From Planctomycetota bacterium (GTDB lineage Bacteria; Planctomycetota; UBA8108; SXIK01): a DNA stretch of 64,000 nucleotides. The stretch is from NCBI GenBank assembly GCA_965223265.1, contig OZ244999.1:4320001-4384000 (forward strand), given 5' to 3'. Shown piece by piece: positions 28,638 through 37,453 of this stretch. Position 1 is the stretch's first letter, and each line of letters opens with the position of its first letter. The notes below the pieces were generated by a model that was given only the letters and a program-made list of their open reading frames with translations, was not told the origin of the DNA and made no database searches. A program made the translations under genes and the position numbers.

Positions 28638-29195
28638 ATGGACGCTTCGCCCACCGACTCAGAGCTCGTCAGCGCCCTCAACCGCGGCGACATTGCAGCC
28701 TTCGACGCGCTCTACGACCGCTACCGCGACTGGGTCTTCACACTGGCGCAGCGCTGGTCGAAAAACCACGAAGACGCGCTCGACGTCGTCCAGGAGACGT
28801 TTTGCTATGTGGCGCGGAAATTCCCCGGCTTCGAGCTGCGAGCCGAATTCAAAACGTTTCTCTACCCCGCCGTGAAGAATCTCTCCATCGCAGCGCGGAG
28901 AAAGCGCACCCGATTCACGAGCGGGACCGATCTGCTGGTCCGCTTCGCGATAGAAGGTTTCGAGCCACCCAACGGTGACGCACCGGAAGACCTACGCGAG
29001 CTCTTCGAGCGACTGCCGGAAGGCCAATGCGAGGTCTTGCTTCTACGCTTCGTCGATGACTTCACGCTCGATGAAATCGCGGCGGCACTTGAGATCCCCC
29101 TCGGCACCGTGAAGTCGAGGCTGCACAATGCGCTGCGAGCTCTCCGCGACGACCCCCGCACGCGGCACTATTTCGACCTCGACGCGGCCGATTGA
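28638..29195 (+). CDS. ECF RNA polymerase sigma factor
   Basis: GD.AAFDALYDRY, DALDVVQETF, FKTFLY (region 2). EIAAALEIPLGTVKSRLHNA (region 4). Confidence 0.93.
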   Translation: MDASPTDSELVSALNRGDIAAFDALYDRYRDWVFTLAQRWSKNHEDALDVVQETFCYVARKFPGFELRAEFKTFLYPAVKNLSIAARRKRTRFTSGTDLLVRFAIEGFEPPNGDAPEDLRELFERLPEGQCEVLLLRFVDDFTLDEIAAALEIPLGTVKSRLHNALRALRDDPRTRHYFDLDAAD

Positions 29196-29285
29196 ATCAA
29201 AAGCCTTTAGCGTTCAGTTGAGCTGCTCGATGCAGCAACAGCGCGCTCGTGCCGCTCTCGCCGTGACTTCCGTCATGACAAGAGC

Positions 29286-30641
29286 CTATCGGAGCTCCGT
29301 GATCTTCCGTTCGAGGAGACGCTGCTCGGACTCGGACGCCGTTTTGTCGCGAGCGGTTTCAAGGCTCCGTCGCGCCCGCGCCCGATCGCCGACCTCCGCG
29401 TACAGCTGTCCGAGAGTGGCGTCGACGAGGTAGTAGTGCTCGAGCAACTTGAGCCGCTGGAGGCGCTCAACCACCGCGATGGCGGCAGCCGCGCCCTCGA
29501 CGCGCAGGAGGGCGATTGCACGGTTGAGCTCGTAGACCGGTGACGGATAGTGCGCGACCAGCAGGTCGTACACCGAGAGGATCCCCTCCCAGTCGGTGGT
29601 CGCGAAGCTCGGCGCGGTGGCGTGATAGGCGGCGATCCGCGCCTCGAGGTGATAGCGGGAGATGACATCCCCTTGCGCCGCCTCACCGATCAACTGCGTA
29701 GCACGCGAAATCAACTCTCGGTCCCAAAGCGTGCGATCCTGCTCCTCCAAAAGAAGGATCGATCCTTGCCGGTCAAGGCGTCCGTCGAAGCGTGCCGTCT
29801 GAAATAGCATGAGCGCCAGAAGGGCCTTCGACGCCGGCGTGCCGCAAATCGAGTGCTCTACCAAGAGTCCCGCGAGTCGAATCGCCTCGTCGCAGAGGTC
29901 CCGACGGATCACAAGATCTGAGTGTGTCGACGAGTAACCTTCGTTGAAAAGAAGGTAGAGAACGACGTGCACCGAAACGAGACGGGCGGTTAGAGCAGCT
30001 CCAGCGGGGACGGCGAATTCATCCTCCGCCGCCGCAAGCTGCGCCTTCGCGCGCGTCAATCGTCGCTTGGCGTTCTCGGGTGTCGTCAAGAGAGCACGCG
30101 CGATCTCCGCAACGCCAAATCCGCACAGAATCTTGAGTGTCAAAGCGACGCGCGATGCCGCAGCCAACTGCGGGTCGCAGCAAGCGAACATCATCCGCAG
30201 CTGGCTGTCCGCCACCTCGGTGTCGAGGTAGAACTCCGGGACGATCTGCGACTCCGCGGCGACGAGTCGCCTCGACAGCTCGGGAGTCGACTGGGCGATG
30301 ACGCGCCGATGCCGCAGCACGTCGAGCGCACGGTTGCGCGCCGCGCGGTAGAGCCACGCCCCTGGGTCACGCGGCGCGCCGCGGATCTTCCATGCTTCGA
30401 GGGCACTGAGGAGCGCCGACTGAACGACATCCTCGACGAGATCGATGTTGCGGACGCCAAACGAACGCGTCAGGAGTGCGGTGAGCCTGCCCGCTTGATG
30501 GCGAAAGAAGTGGTCGACGAGCTGATGAATACCAGCCTCGGAAGATCCCGCACTCAAGGATGCTGGCATGGGCGCCGCACTGTGCCGACCGCCGGGGCGG
30601 CCTTCGCTCCGACGCGCGGCTGCGTCGCGCTCGCGCGTCAC
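29286..30641 (-). CDS. ECF sigma factor with C-terminal DUF6596/TPR extension (ECF42-like)
   Basis: Motifs LRMMFACCDP, VLYLLFNEGY, LLLEEQDRTLWD, YHLEARIAAYH, TDWEGI..YD.L. Coupled to a YciI gene. Confidence 0.9.
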   Translation of the reverse strand: MTRERDAAARRSEGRPGGRHSAAPMPASLSAGSSEAGIHQLVDHFFRHQAGRLTALLTRSFGVRNIDLVEDVVQSALLSALEAWKIRGAPRDPGAWLYRAARNRALDVLRHRRVIAQSTPELSRRLVAAESQIVPEFYLDTEVADSQLRMMFACCDPQLAAASRVALTLKILCGFGVAEIARALLTTPENAKRRLTRAKAQLAAAEDEFAVPAGAALTARLVSVHVVLYLLFNEGYSSTHSDLVIRRDLCDEAIRLAGLLVEHSICGTPASKALLALMLFQTARFDGRLDRQGSILLLEEQDRTLWDRELISRATQLIGEAAQGDVISRYHLEARIAAYHATAPSFATTDWEGILSVYDLLVAHYPSPVYELNRAIALLRVEGAAAAIAVVERLQRLKLLEHYYLVDATLGQLYAEVGDRARARRSLETARDKTASESEQRLLERKITELR

Positions 30642-31006
30642 GAGGCGTTGCAGCGATCGGCCAGCCGGCGCACCTCGACGTGGCCGCCGTACTCAAAGAT
30701 CGGACAGCCCTTGGCGATCTCTGCGGCATCGTCCAGACTCTCAGCGACGACGAGTGAGTAGCCGCCAACGATCTCCTTGGCCTCGGTGAACGGGCCGTCG
30801 GAGACGGTCAAGTCAGGCTGGACCATGCGGCGCTCGCCGACGAGCGCTTGACCACCGGCAAAGACGCCACGCGCCGTGAGTCGCGCCACCCACTCGTCCC
30901 ACTTCGCCAGGTGGGCCTGCATCTGCTCCGGCGAGAGATCGGGCTGCGTCGGCGCGCCGCCGCGGTAGAGGAAGAGATAGTCAGCTGAAGTTTCCGCTTC
31001 TGTCAT
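30638..31006 (-). CDS. YciI/DGPF domain protein
   Basis: DGPFTEAKEIVGGY...A..IAKGCP...VEVR. AGGAG RBS. Confidence 0.92.
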   Translation of the reverse strand: MTEAETSADYLFLYRGGAPTQPDLSPEQMQAHLAKWDEWVARLTARGVFAGGQALVGERRMVQPDLTVSDGPFTEAKEIVGGYSLVVAESLDDAAEIAKGCPIFEYGGHVEVRRLADRCNAS

Positions 31007-31228
31007 GAGTGTCGCTCCTGAATGAAACCTTGGCGTGCACATCAGTCTACGCAGAGATGGCGCCGGATCGGAAAAAAAGGTCGCCGCGGCGCGAACGCGC
31101 TGCGCTGTCAACGACTCCGCGAGCCCGCGACCTGCGCCTCGCCGGACGACGAGGGTGAAGCCGCGTGAAGACGTGCGCCATCACCGTTCGCGTCGCGGCC
31201 GCACCTTCGTCAGCTCTCCACGGGAGGC

Positions 31229-31588
31229 TCAATGCTTCGCCTGCCAAAGTCCGAGCACGGCCCCTGTCGGATCCTGGATCACGCTCAGCCAGCCGCAGTC
31301 AGGCACCTCGGTGACTTCCTGGATGATATTCGCGCCGAGCTTCTTCGCCTTCGCTGCTGCGGCTCGGGCGTCCTCGACGCCGACGTAGGCGAGCCACTGC
31401 GTCGGCGCGCCTTCCGCTGGTTTCGCCATCATGCCGCCGCCCGTGCCGTCCTCGACTTGGATCATGGTGTAGGTCATCTCGCCCATCTGGAGGCTCTCAA
31501 ACTTCCAGTCGAAGAGGGAACCGTAGAACTCCTTGGACCGTGCGACGTCGCCGGTGTGCAGTTCGACGTGTACAAAGGGATTCGCCAT
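31229..31588 (-). CDS. VOC/glyoxalase family protein
   Basis: PFVHVEL.T.D...KEFY..LFDW, WLAYVGV.D, QDPTGAVLGLWQ. AAGGAG RBS. Confidence 0.92.
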   Translation of the reverse strand: MANPFVHVELHTGDVARSKEFYGSLFDWKFESLQMGEMTYTMIQVEDGTGGGMMAKPAEGAPTQWLAYVGVEDARAAAAKAKKLGANIIQEVTEVPDCGWLSVIQDPTGAVLGLWQAKH

Positions 31589-31772
31589 GGGAAACTCCTT
31601 CGGTTTTGACTCGCTTCGGCGCTGGCCGAGGCGCGTAAGGGTTAAAAAGCGCGAAAAACTGAAGCGATGACGCGCGGGCGGGCGCCGAGGGGACACGCGG
31701 ATTGTGTTTTTTCGCGTTTCTTTGAAGAAGGCGAATCCGCCTCCGGCCTCCAGGATTCAAGGAACACCGATC

Positions 31773-31941
31773 TTTGAACGGAAGACGCGAAGGAAACGAA
31801 GACTACGCCGGAAGAGAGGACTCGGTTCTACGGTCAACTTTCGACCTGACTCCTCCCAATTCGTTTCCGCCGTTCCCTTCGTTCAAAGCTCCCTTCCTTC
31901 TCCCCACCTTCGTTTCCGCCGTTCCCTTCGTTCAAAGCTCC
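31773..31941. repeat. Two identical 33-bp direct repeats plus a diverged inverted copy
   Basis: TTCGTTTCCGCCGTTCCCTTCGTTCAAAGCTCC at 31860-31892 and 31909-31941. TTTGAACGGAAGACGCGAAGGAAACGAA at 31773-31800. Confidence 0.85.
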
Positions 31942-31980
31942 TCTCCTTCTGTGATGGACCGAAACTTTCTCCGGATTCCA

Positions 31981-32006
31981 TGAACCTCCAATGGGCCAAG
32001 CCGACT
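31981..32006 (+). promoter_or_regulatory. Candidate ECF-type promoter of the anti-sigma operon
   Basis: TGAACC-N15-CGACT just upstream of ATG 32016. Resembles the generic ECF AAC/CG pattern. Confidence 0.35.
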
Positions 32007-32015
32007 TAAGAAGGC

Positions 32016-32513
32016 ATGGAACACGACCCGAGCCTCCCCGACGACCTGCAGCCGAACCGGCAATTCAGCCGCGATCTGGCACGGCTCTACCGGCCGGCGG
32101 GTGAGGTCGATGCCGCTGCGGACCGCAGAATCCGCCGGCGGCTGGGGCACGAGCTGCGTCCGCGGCGAGGACGACGGCTCGCCGTAACCGTGACGGCCGC
32201 GGCCGCGGCGCTGGTGCTGTCACTCGGGGTCTGGCGGCTGGTCGAACCAGAGCGTGATGCGGAGCCTGTAGCCAAACACGCCGCCCGTCCAGCGGCGGAG
32301 TCAGCTGCAGTCGACGGGTCGCTTGAGGGCACGCCCGCTGGGGCGTTCGATGTCGATGGCAGCGGCAACGTGGACATCGTCGACGCCTACGTGCTGGCGC
32401 GGCACGTCGCGCGCCAGGGTGGGCTCGAGCGGCGCTGGGACGCGAATGGTGACGGGATCGTCGACCAGCAGGACGTCGACGCGATCGCACAGCTTGCAGT
32501 ACGCCTGAGATGA
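32016..32513 (+). CDS. Putative anti-sigma factor with TM helix and extracytoplasmic dockerin-like domain
   Basis: Short cytoplasmic helix domain, then RRLAVTVTAAAAALVLSLGVW (TM), then DVDGSGNVDIVDA and DANGDGIVDQQD EF-hand-like loops. Confidence 0.75.
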   Translation: MEHDPSLPDDLQPNRQFSRDLARLYRPAGEVDAAADRRIRRRLGHELRPRRGRRLAVTVTAAAAALVLSLGVWRLVEPERDAEPVAKHAARPAAESAAVDGSLEGTPAGAFDVDGSGNVDIVDAYVLARHVARQGGLERRWDANGDGIVDQQDVDAIAQLAVRLR

Positions 32514-33157
32514 TGGTCAGGAAAGGTCAAACCATGCAGTCACAGCAACGACTTGATCGAATGGGGGGAGGCAGAGGACGACGGAGTCCTCAGCGCGCAC
32601 GTCCGCAGCGGTCCGAGGTACGCTTGCCGCTGTCAGGTCACCGGAGCGGACGGCCTCGGCAGGCGTTGGCGCTCGTCGCGGCGCTTGCGGCATTCGTCGC
32701 CGCGCTACTCATCGCTCCGGCGATACCGACGCGCGCCCAAGAGGCGACGGCGACCCAGGAGAACGACGACAGCCGCGGCGTTCGCTTCGAGGTCGTTGAC
32801 ATCTTTGTCAACACCGCCACTCCGCTCGCAGCCTACCAATTCGAGATTGTCGCGCGACATGAGAGAACACGCGTCGTCGGCGTTGAAGGTGGCGAGCCCG
32901 AGGCCTTTCAGCAGCCACCGTACTATGACCCCGCTGCTCTGCGCGGCGGCCGCGTGATCATCGCGGCCTTCAGTATGGCTACCGAGCTGCCGGCGGGGCG
33001 CGTGCGAGTTGCCAGTGTGCACTTCGCCGCCAGCGGCGGCGCTGAAATGTATGATGTCAAACTCGTCGCGGCAGCGGGAGTGGATGGAACTCTGCTCACG
33101 CAGGTCGAGACGTCGATCGAAAAACGACCAACCGAGGATTCCGAGGAGGCGAGATGA
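32510..33157 (+). CDS. Secreted cohesin-like beta-sandwich protein
   Basis: Signal ending TRA-QE. VDIFVN..TPLAAYQFEI...GRVIIAAFS....LP.GRVRVASVHF pattern. ATGA overlaps on both sides. Confidence 0.55.
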   Translation: MMVRKGQTMQSQQRLDRMGGGRGRRSPQRARPQRSEVRLPLSGHRSGRPRQALALVAALAAFVAALLIAPAIPTRAQEATATQENDDSRGVRFEVVDIFVNTATPLAAYQFEIVARHERTRVVGVEGGEPEAFQQPPYYDPAALRGGRVIIAAFSMATELPAGRVRVASVHFAASGGAEMYDVKLVAAAGVDGTLLTQVETSIEKRPTEDSEEAR

Positions 33158-35508
33158 GTCGCGACTGTCATCGAGTGCTGGGCCTTGGGCTGATCATTGC
33201 GATCGGTCTCACACTCTCGAGCTGTGCTCGGAAGGACGCGAGGGAGGAGAGCGCGGCTTGTTCGGTCCCCGAATCCCGAGGTGTCAAGTACGACATGAAC
33301 GAAGACCGGATTCGGCCGGCGTCAGAGAATGCTGATCGCGCATCGGCCGACTTTCAATTTGACTCAGATGAGGCGACCGAAGCCAGCACCCATCAGCCAC
33401 GAAGAGGCTCCACTTCTCGCGATCTCGGTGTCGAATCAGCGGCAGCCAAGGCCACGAAAAACAGCAGGGTCCGAAACGCAAGGAAAACCACACTTTCGAC
33501 ACCTCGAGTACCAAAGCCCCAGCGCCCCCGCCCCGCCGTCTTCCTCCCCGGCGAGGAGCTCTGGATTATCGAACGCCCCGCGGCCGCAGCCACCGCACCG
33601 GACGACACCGCGCCCGGCACCGGCTCGATGCTGGCGCGGCGGCTGGGCGAAGTCGACGTCCCAGTACCTCTCGAGCACACCGACGTCCGGGGCAGGATCA
33701 GCGGTTACATCGCCAGCGTCGACGTGACGCAGCGCTTCCACAACCCGTACGACACCAAGATCGAAGCAGTCTACGTCTTCCCGCTACCGCAGAACGCCGC
33801 CGTCACGGACTTTATCATGGCCATCGGCGAGCGACGGATCCGCGGCATCATCCGCGAGCGCAGCGAGGCGCGCCGCATCTATGAGTCGGCGCGCTCACAA
33901 GGGCACGTCGCCTCGCTTCTCGAACAGGAGCGACCCAACATCTTCACGCAGTCGGTGGCCAACATCGAACCGGGCAAAAAGATCGACGTCAAGATCAAGT
34001 ACTTCAGCACGCTTGCTTACACCGACGGTGGTTACGACTTCGTTTTCCCCATGGTCGTTGGACCTCGTTTCAACCCGCCGGGATCCACCAGTGGGATCGG
34101 CGCCGCACCGCGCGACGCACCCGGCTCCACCGGACAGAGCACCGAAGTTGCGTATCTGCGGCCGCATGAACGGAGCGGACACGACATCGCGCTCACAGTC
34201 GATCTCGAAGCCGGCGTCGAGATCGAATCGATCGCGTCGCTCACACACGCGGCTGCAGTCGAGCGACCTTCACCAACGAGCGCTACGGTCACGCTCAGCC
34301 CGAACGATGCGATTCCAAACCGCGACTTTGTTTTGCGTTACCACGTCGCTGGAAAAACTTTGAAAGCGAACTTCATGACGCATGAAGACGAGCGCGGCGG
34401 CTTCTTCACGCTCATGCTCTACCCTCCAAAGGTCGCCAAAGTGTCGCGCCGCCCCGTCGAGCTGGTTTTCGTGGTCGACTGCTCGGGCAGCATGCGCGGC
34501 GCACCGCTCGCCAAGGCGAAGGATGCCATGCGCCGCGCTCTCAAACGCCTCGATGCGAGCGACAGCTTTCAGATCATTCGCTTTTCGAGTCATGCCTCGC
34601 AGCTCGGCAGTGCCCCAATCGCCGCTACACCGGCCAACGTGCGTCGCGGTCTGAAATACCTCGAGAAGCTCCAAAGCGGCGGCGGCACGATGATGATCGA
34701 AGGCATCAAGGCGGCGCTCGACTTCCCGCACGACTCCGAGCGGCTGCGGGTGGTCTCGTTCATGACTGACGGCTACATCGGCAACGAAGCCGAGATCTTC
34801 GCTGCGGTTGACCAGCACCTCGGCGCTGCGCGCCTCTTCAGTTTCGGCGTCGGCTCGTCGGTGAATCGCTATCTCATCGAAGGACTTGCGCGCCTCGGGC
34901 GCGGAGCCGTTGCCTACGTCGGCCTTGACGCGAACGCCGGCACTGAGGTCGACAAGTTCTACGACCGCATGCGCTATCCGGCGCTCAGCGAGGTTCGCAT
35001 CGATTGGGGTGGACTCGAGGTTAGTGAGGTTTTTCCGCAGCGCTTACCCGATCTCTTCGAGGGTCGCCCCGTCCTCGTCACCGGACGCTACGCGGCGGGT
35101 GGGGCAGCGGACGACGTGATCGTGAGAATCCACGGCAAGGCCGGCGCTGACGATGCTGCGTTCGAAGTACCGTTCAGCGCCGCGCGTCCCCGCGGCAGCG
35201 GCGAAGTTGCCGCAGCCGTCGACCGCAGCAAACAGAGTGGTTCCAGCGCAGCGACGCACGCCGCAATCCCAAGTGTCTGGGCACGACGTAAGATCGCGGC
35301 TCTCATGGACGCCGTGCATACGCGAGGCTTGGAACTGAGTCCGGAGGTGCGCGACTTGGCGCTCGAGTTCAACTTGGTGTCCGCGTTCACGTCATTCGTG
35401 GCCGTCGATGCCAGCCGCAAGACAGAAGGCGACCACGGCATCCGCGTGCAGGTTCCCGTCCCGGTTCCGGTGGGCGTGCGCTATGACACCACCGTGGGCG
35501 GTGAATAG
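33154..35508 (+). CDS. VIT (vault inter-alpha-trypsin) plus vWA domain lipoprotein
   Basis: Lipobox LSSC. VTQRFHNP...IEAVYVFPLP..AAV (VIT). MIDAS DCSGSM, GGT, MTDG. C-terminal LVSAFTSFVAVD. Confidence 0.92.
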   Translation: MSRDCHRVLGLGLIIAIGLTLSSCARKDAREESAACSVPESRGVKYDMNEDRIRPASENADRASADFQFDSDEATEASTHQPRRGSTSRDLGVESAAAKATKNSRVRNARKTTLSTPRVPKPQRPRPAVFLPGEELWIIERPAAAATAPDDTAPGTGSMLARRLGEVDVPVPLEHTDVRGRISGYIASVDVTQRFHNPYDTKIEAVYVFPLPQNAAVTDFIMAIGERRIRGIIRERSEARRIYESARSQGHVASLLEQERPNIFTQSVANIEPGKKIDVKIKYFSTLAYTDGGYDFVFPMVVGPRFNPPGSTSGIGAAPRDAPGSTGQSTEVAYLRPHERSGHDIALTVDLEAGVEIESIASLTHAAAVERPSPTSATVTLSPNDAIPNRDFVLRYHVAGKTLKANFMTHEDERGGFFTLMLYPPKVAKVSRRPVELVFVVDCSGSMRGAPLAKAKDAMRRALKRLDASDSFQIIRFSSHASQLGSAPIAATPANVRRGLKYLEKLQSGGGTMMIEGIKAALDFPHDSERLRVVSFMTDGYIGNEAEIFAAVDQHLGAARLFSFGVGSSVNRYLIEGLARLGRGAVAYVGLDANAGTEVDKFYDRMRYPALSEVRIDWGGLEVSEVFPQRLPDLFEGRPVLVTGRYAAGGAADDVIVRIHGKAGADDAAFEVPFSAARPRGSGEVAAAVDRSKQSGSSAATHAAIPSVWARRKIAALMDAVHTRGLELSPEVRDLALEFNLVSAFTSFVAVDASRKTEGDHGIRVQVPVPVPVGVRYDTTVGGE

Positions 35509-35611
35509 AAGCTCACGCGGCGTGGCTGCGTCGGGTGCTGAAGCGGTGAGATCGGGCAGGGGCGGCGACCACTGGCCTTCTCATGGAAGGCAGAGACGCG
35601 CGGTCACGGAC

Positions 35612-35810
35612 CACGCACACGCTCACGCCCGCAAGACCGGACGGCATACGGCGTGTGCCTGCTACTCTCGAGAGACGCACACGCTCTCAAGATCGGACGG
35701 CACACGGAGTGTGCCTGCCACTTTGCGAGACGCTCACGCTCACGCAAACGCTCACGCAAACGCAAAACGCTCCCAAGACCGAACGACACACGGAGTGTGC
35801 CGGCTACTTT
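35612..35810 (-). repeat. Array of three REP units with CACGCN-rich linkers
   Basis: REPs at 35641-35665, 35697-35721 and 35783-35807 in the same orientation. Each is preceded by CAAGA(C/T)CG(G/A)ACG and CACGC/AAACGC units. Confidence 0.85.
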
Positions 35811-35934
35811 GGGACACACACGGGTGCGGGTCTCGGCAACGCACACCCGCGCCCGGTCGGATTCACGTTGCCGAAACGGGCCGCGACTCAAGGGCCCGCT
35901 GCACGTCGTCTTGTCGCCTGCGCCGCCGAATTCC

Positions 35935-37119
35935 CTAGCGGACGCGCTTCTTCGCCGTCTTCTTCCGGCGACTGCTGGCGACTTTTTTCTTCACCGCCTT
36001 CTTCGCGGCTGTCTTCTTGGCGACCTTCTTCTTCGCTTTCTTCTTCGCCTTCTTGGCGCCGGTGCCGTTCGACGAGCCGCGCTCAGGGCGCAGCTCGCGC
36101 AGAATCGAACCGATCCGCCACATCTCGCTGTCGCGTACTTCCTTCAGCTCGCGCTCGAGATCTTTGCGGTAGCTCCGCTTTGAGTTGGCCTCGAGCGTGC
36201 GGCGTGTTTCATTGCCGCTCTTGACCTCGCGATAGAGCTTCTGGAACACCGGCTTGGTCACCTTGCGAAAGGCTTCATACCAGTCGAGCGCGCCGCGCTG
36301 TGCCGTGGTGCTGCAGTTGGCGTACATCCAGTCCATACCGTTCTCGCCGATGAGCGGGTAGAGGCTCTGAGTCGCCTCCTCTACCGTCTCGTTGAATGCC
36401 TCGGACGGTGAATGGCCGCGTTCGCGGAGTACCTGATACTGCGCCAACCAGAGGCCGTAGATCGCCCCCATGAGCACGCCGCGCTCACCCGTTAGGTCGC
36501 TGTACACCTCGTTCTGGAAGCTCGTCTCAAAGAGGAACCCCGAGCCAATCGCGATGCCGAGCGCGATCGCTCGCTCGCGCGCCCGTCCGGTGTAATCCTG
36601 ATAGACGCCAAAGCTCGAATTGATGCCGCGCCCCTCAAGAAAGTGTCGCCGCACGGTTGTCCCGGAGCCCTTCGGAGCGACCAGAATCACGTCGACATTC
36701 TTCGGCGGAATCACTCCCGTCAGCTTGCTGTAGACGACGGAGAAGCCATGCGAGAAGTAGAGCGCCGCTCCCTCCTGCAAGTTGTCGCGCACTGTCGGCC
36801 ACTGCGCCTTTTGTCCGGCGTCGCTGAGGAGATACTGAACCACCGTGCCGCGGCGCACGGCTTCATCGATTTCGAAGAGCGTCTTCCCAGGTTTCCAGCC
36901 ATCCTTTTTGGCAAGGTTCCAGCTGGAGCCGCCCTTGCGGACACCGATGATCACCTTCACCTTGTTGTCTTTCAGGTTGAGCGACTGGCCGCGACCTTGC
37001 ACACCGTAGCCGATGATCGCGACCGTCTCGCGGCCGAGGATCTTCTTCAGCTTGGCCGCCGGCATGTCTTTGCGCTCGATGATCTTTTCGGTGATGCCAC
37101 CAACTTTGACGGTCTTCAT
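35935..37119 (-). CDS. ilvC: Ketol-acid reductoisomerase with a Lys/Ala-rich C-terminal tail
   Basis: Motifs IGYGVQG.GQSLNL, LLSDAGQ, FSHGF, VAPKGSG, SDLTGERGVLMG, CSTTAQRGALDW. Confidence 0.96.
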   Translation of the reverse strand: MKTVKVGGITEKIIERKDMPAAKLKKILGRETVAIIGYGVQGRGQSLNLKDNKVKVIIGVRKGGSSWNLAKKDGWKPGKTLFEIDEAVRRGTVVQYLLSDAGQKAQWPTVRDNLQEGAALYFSHGFSVVYSKLTGVIPPKNVDVILVAPKGSGTTVRRHFLEGRGINSSFGVYQDYTGRARERAIALGIAIGSGFLFETSFQNEVYSDLTGERGVLMGAIYGLWLAQYQVLRERGHSPSEAFNETVEEATQSLYPLIGENGMDWMYANCSTTAQRGALDWYEAFRKVTKPVFQKLYREVKSGNETRRTLEANSKRSYRKDLERELKEVRDSEMWRIGSILRELRPERGSSNGTGAKKAKKKAKKKVAKKTAAKKAVKKKVASSRRKKTAKKRVR

Positions 37120-37325
37120 GCGCTCTCCGTTGATCCTATCTCAGTCCCTGTCGTCGCCAAACGCTCGCGCGCAGGCCACTCCCTGCGGACACGTCGCGTT
37201 GCCGTTCGAAGATTCGCCCAGGCACCACGCCGGATCCGCGGCCCTCACAAACCGCTAATGCCAGAGTCCGCCGGCGCACGGGGTTGGCCAGTGCGTACGA
37301 ATCAATTTCTCGGGGAAAGGGGGCG

Positions 37326-37377
37326 TTTATACCGGATTTTCGGTTTCGGTGCAAATTCCAGAGACGGCTGGTACAAT
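37326..37377. promoter_or_regulatory. Back-to-back sigma70-type promoters sharing one -35 hexamer position
   Basis: Minus strand TTGCAC-N17-TATAAA towards ilvC. Plus strand GTGCAA-N17-TACAAT with a TG extension. Both use 37349-37354. Confidence 0.6.
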
Positions 37378-37453
37378 CGATTTTTGGGTTGGAATCATCG
37401 GCGCGCGCAATCTGCATCGAGACGATTCTTCGCTAAGCGAGGCTAGTATCATC

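Noticed and set aside
35612-35810. CRISPR array
   Set aside because: Only three degenerate units, linkers are similar to each other and unequal in length, there are no cas genes, and the unit matches dispersed REPs.
37120-37320. Known riboswitch (ZTP, ykkC-type, T-box) or attenuator peptide upstream of ilvC
   Set aside because: Only fragments of consensus are present (ACTGGC, GCCTGGGC) and there is no BCAA-rich leader peptide. It is kept only as an unassigned candidate.
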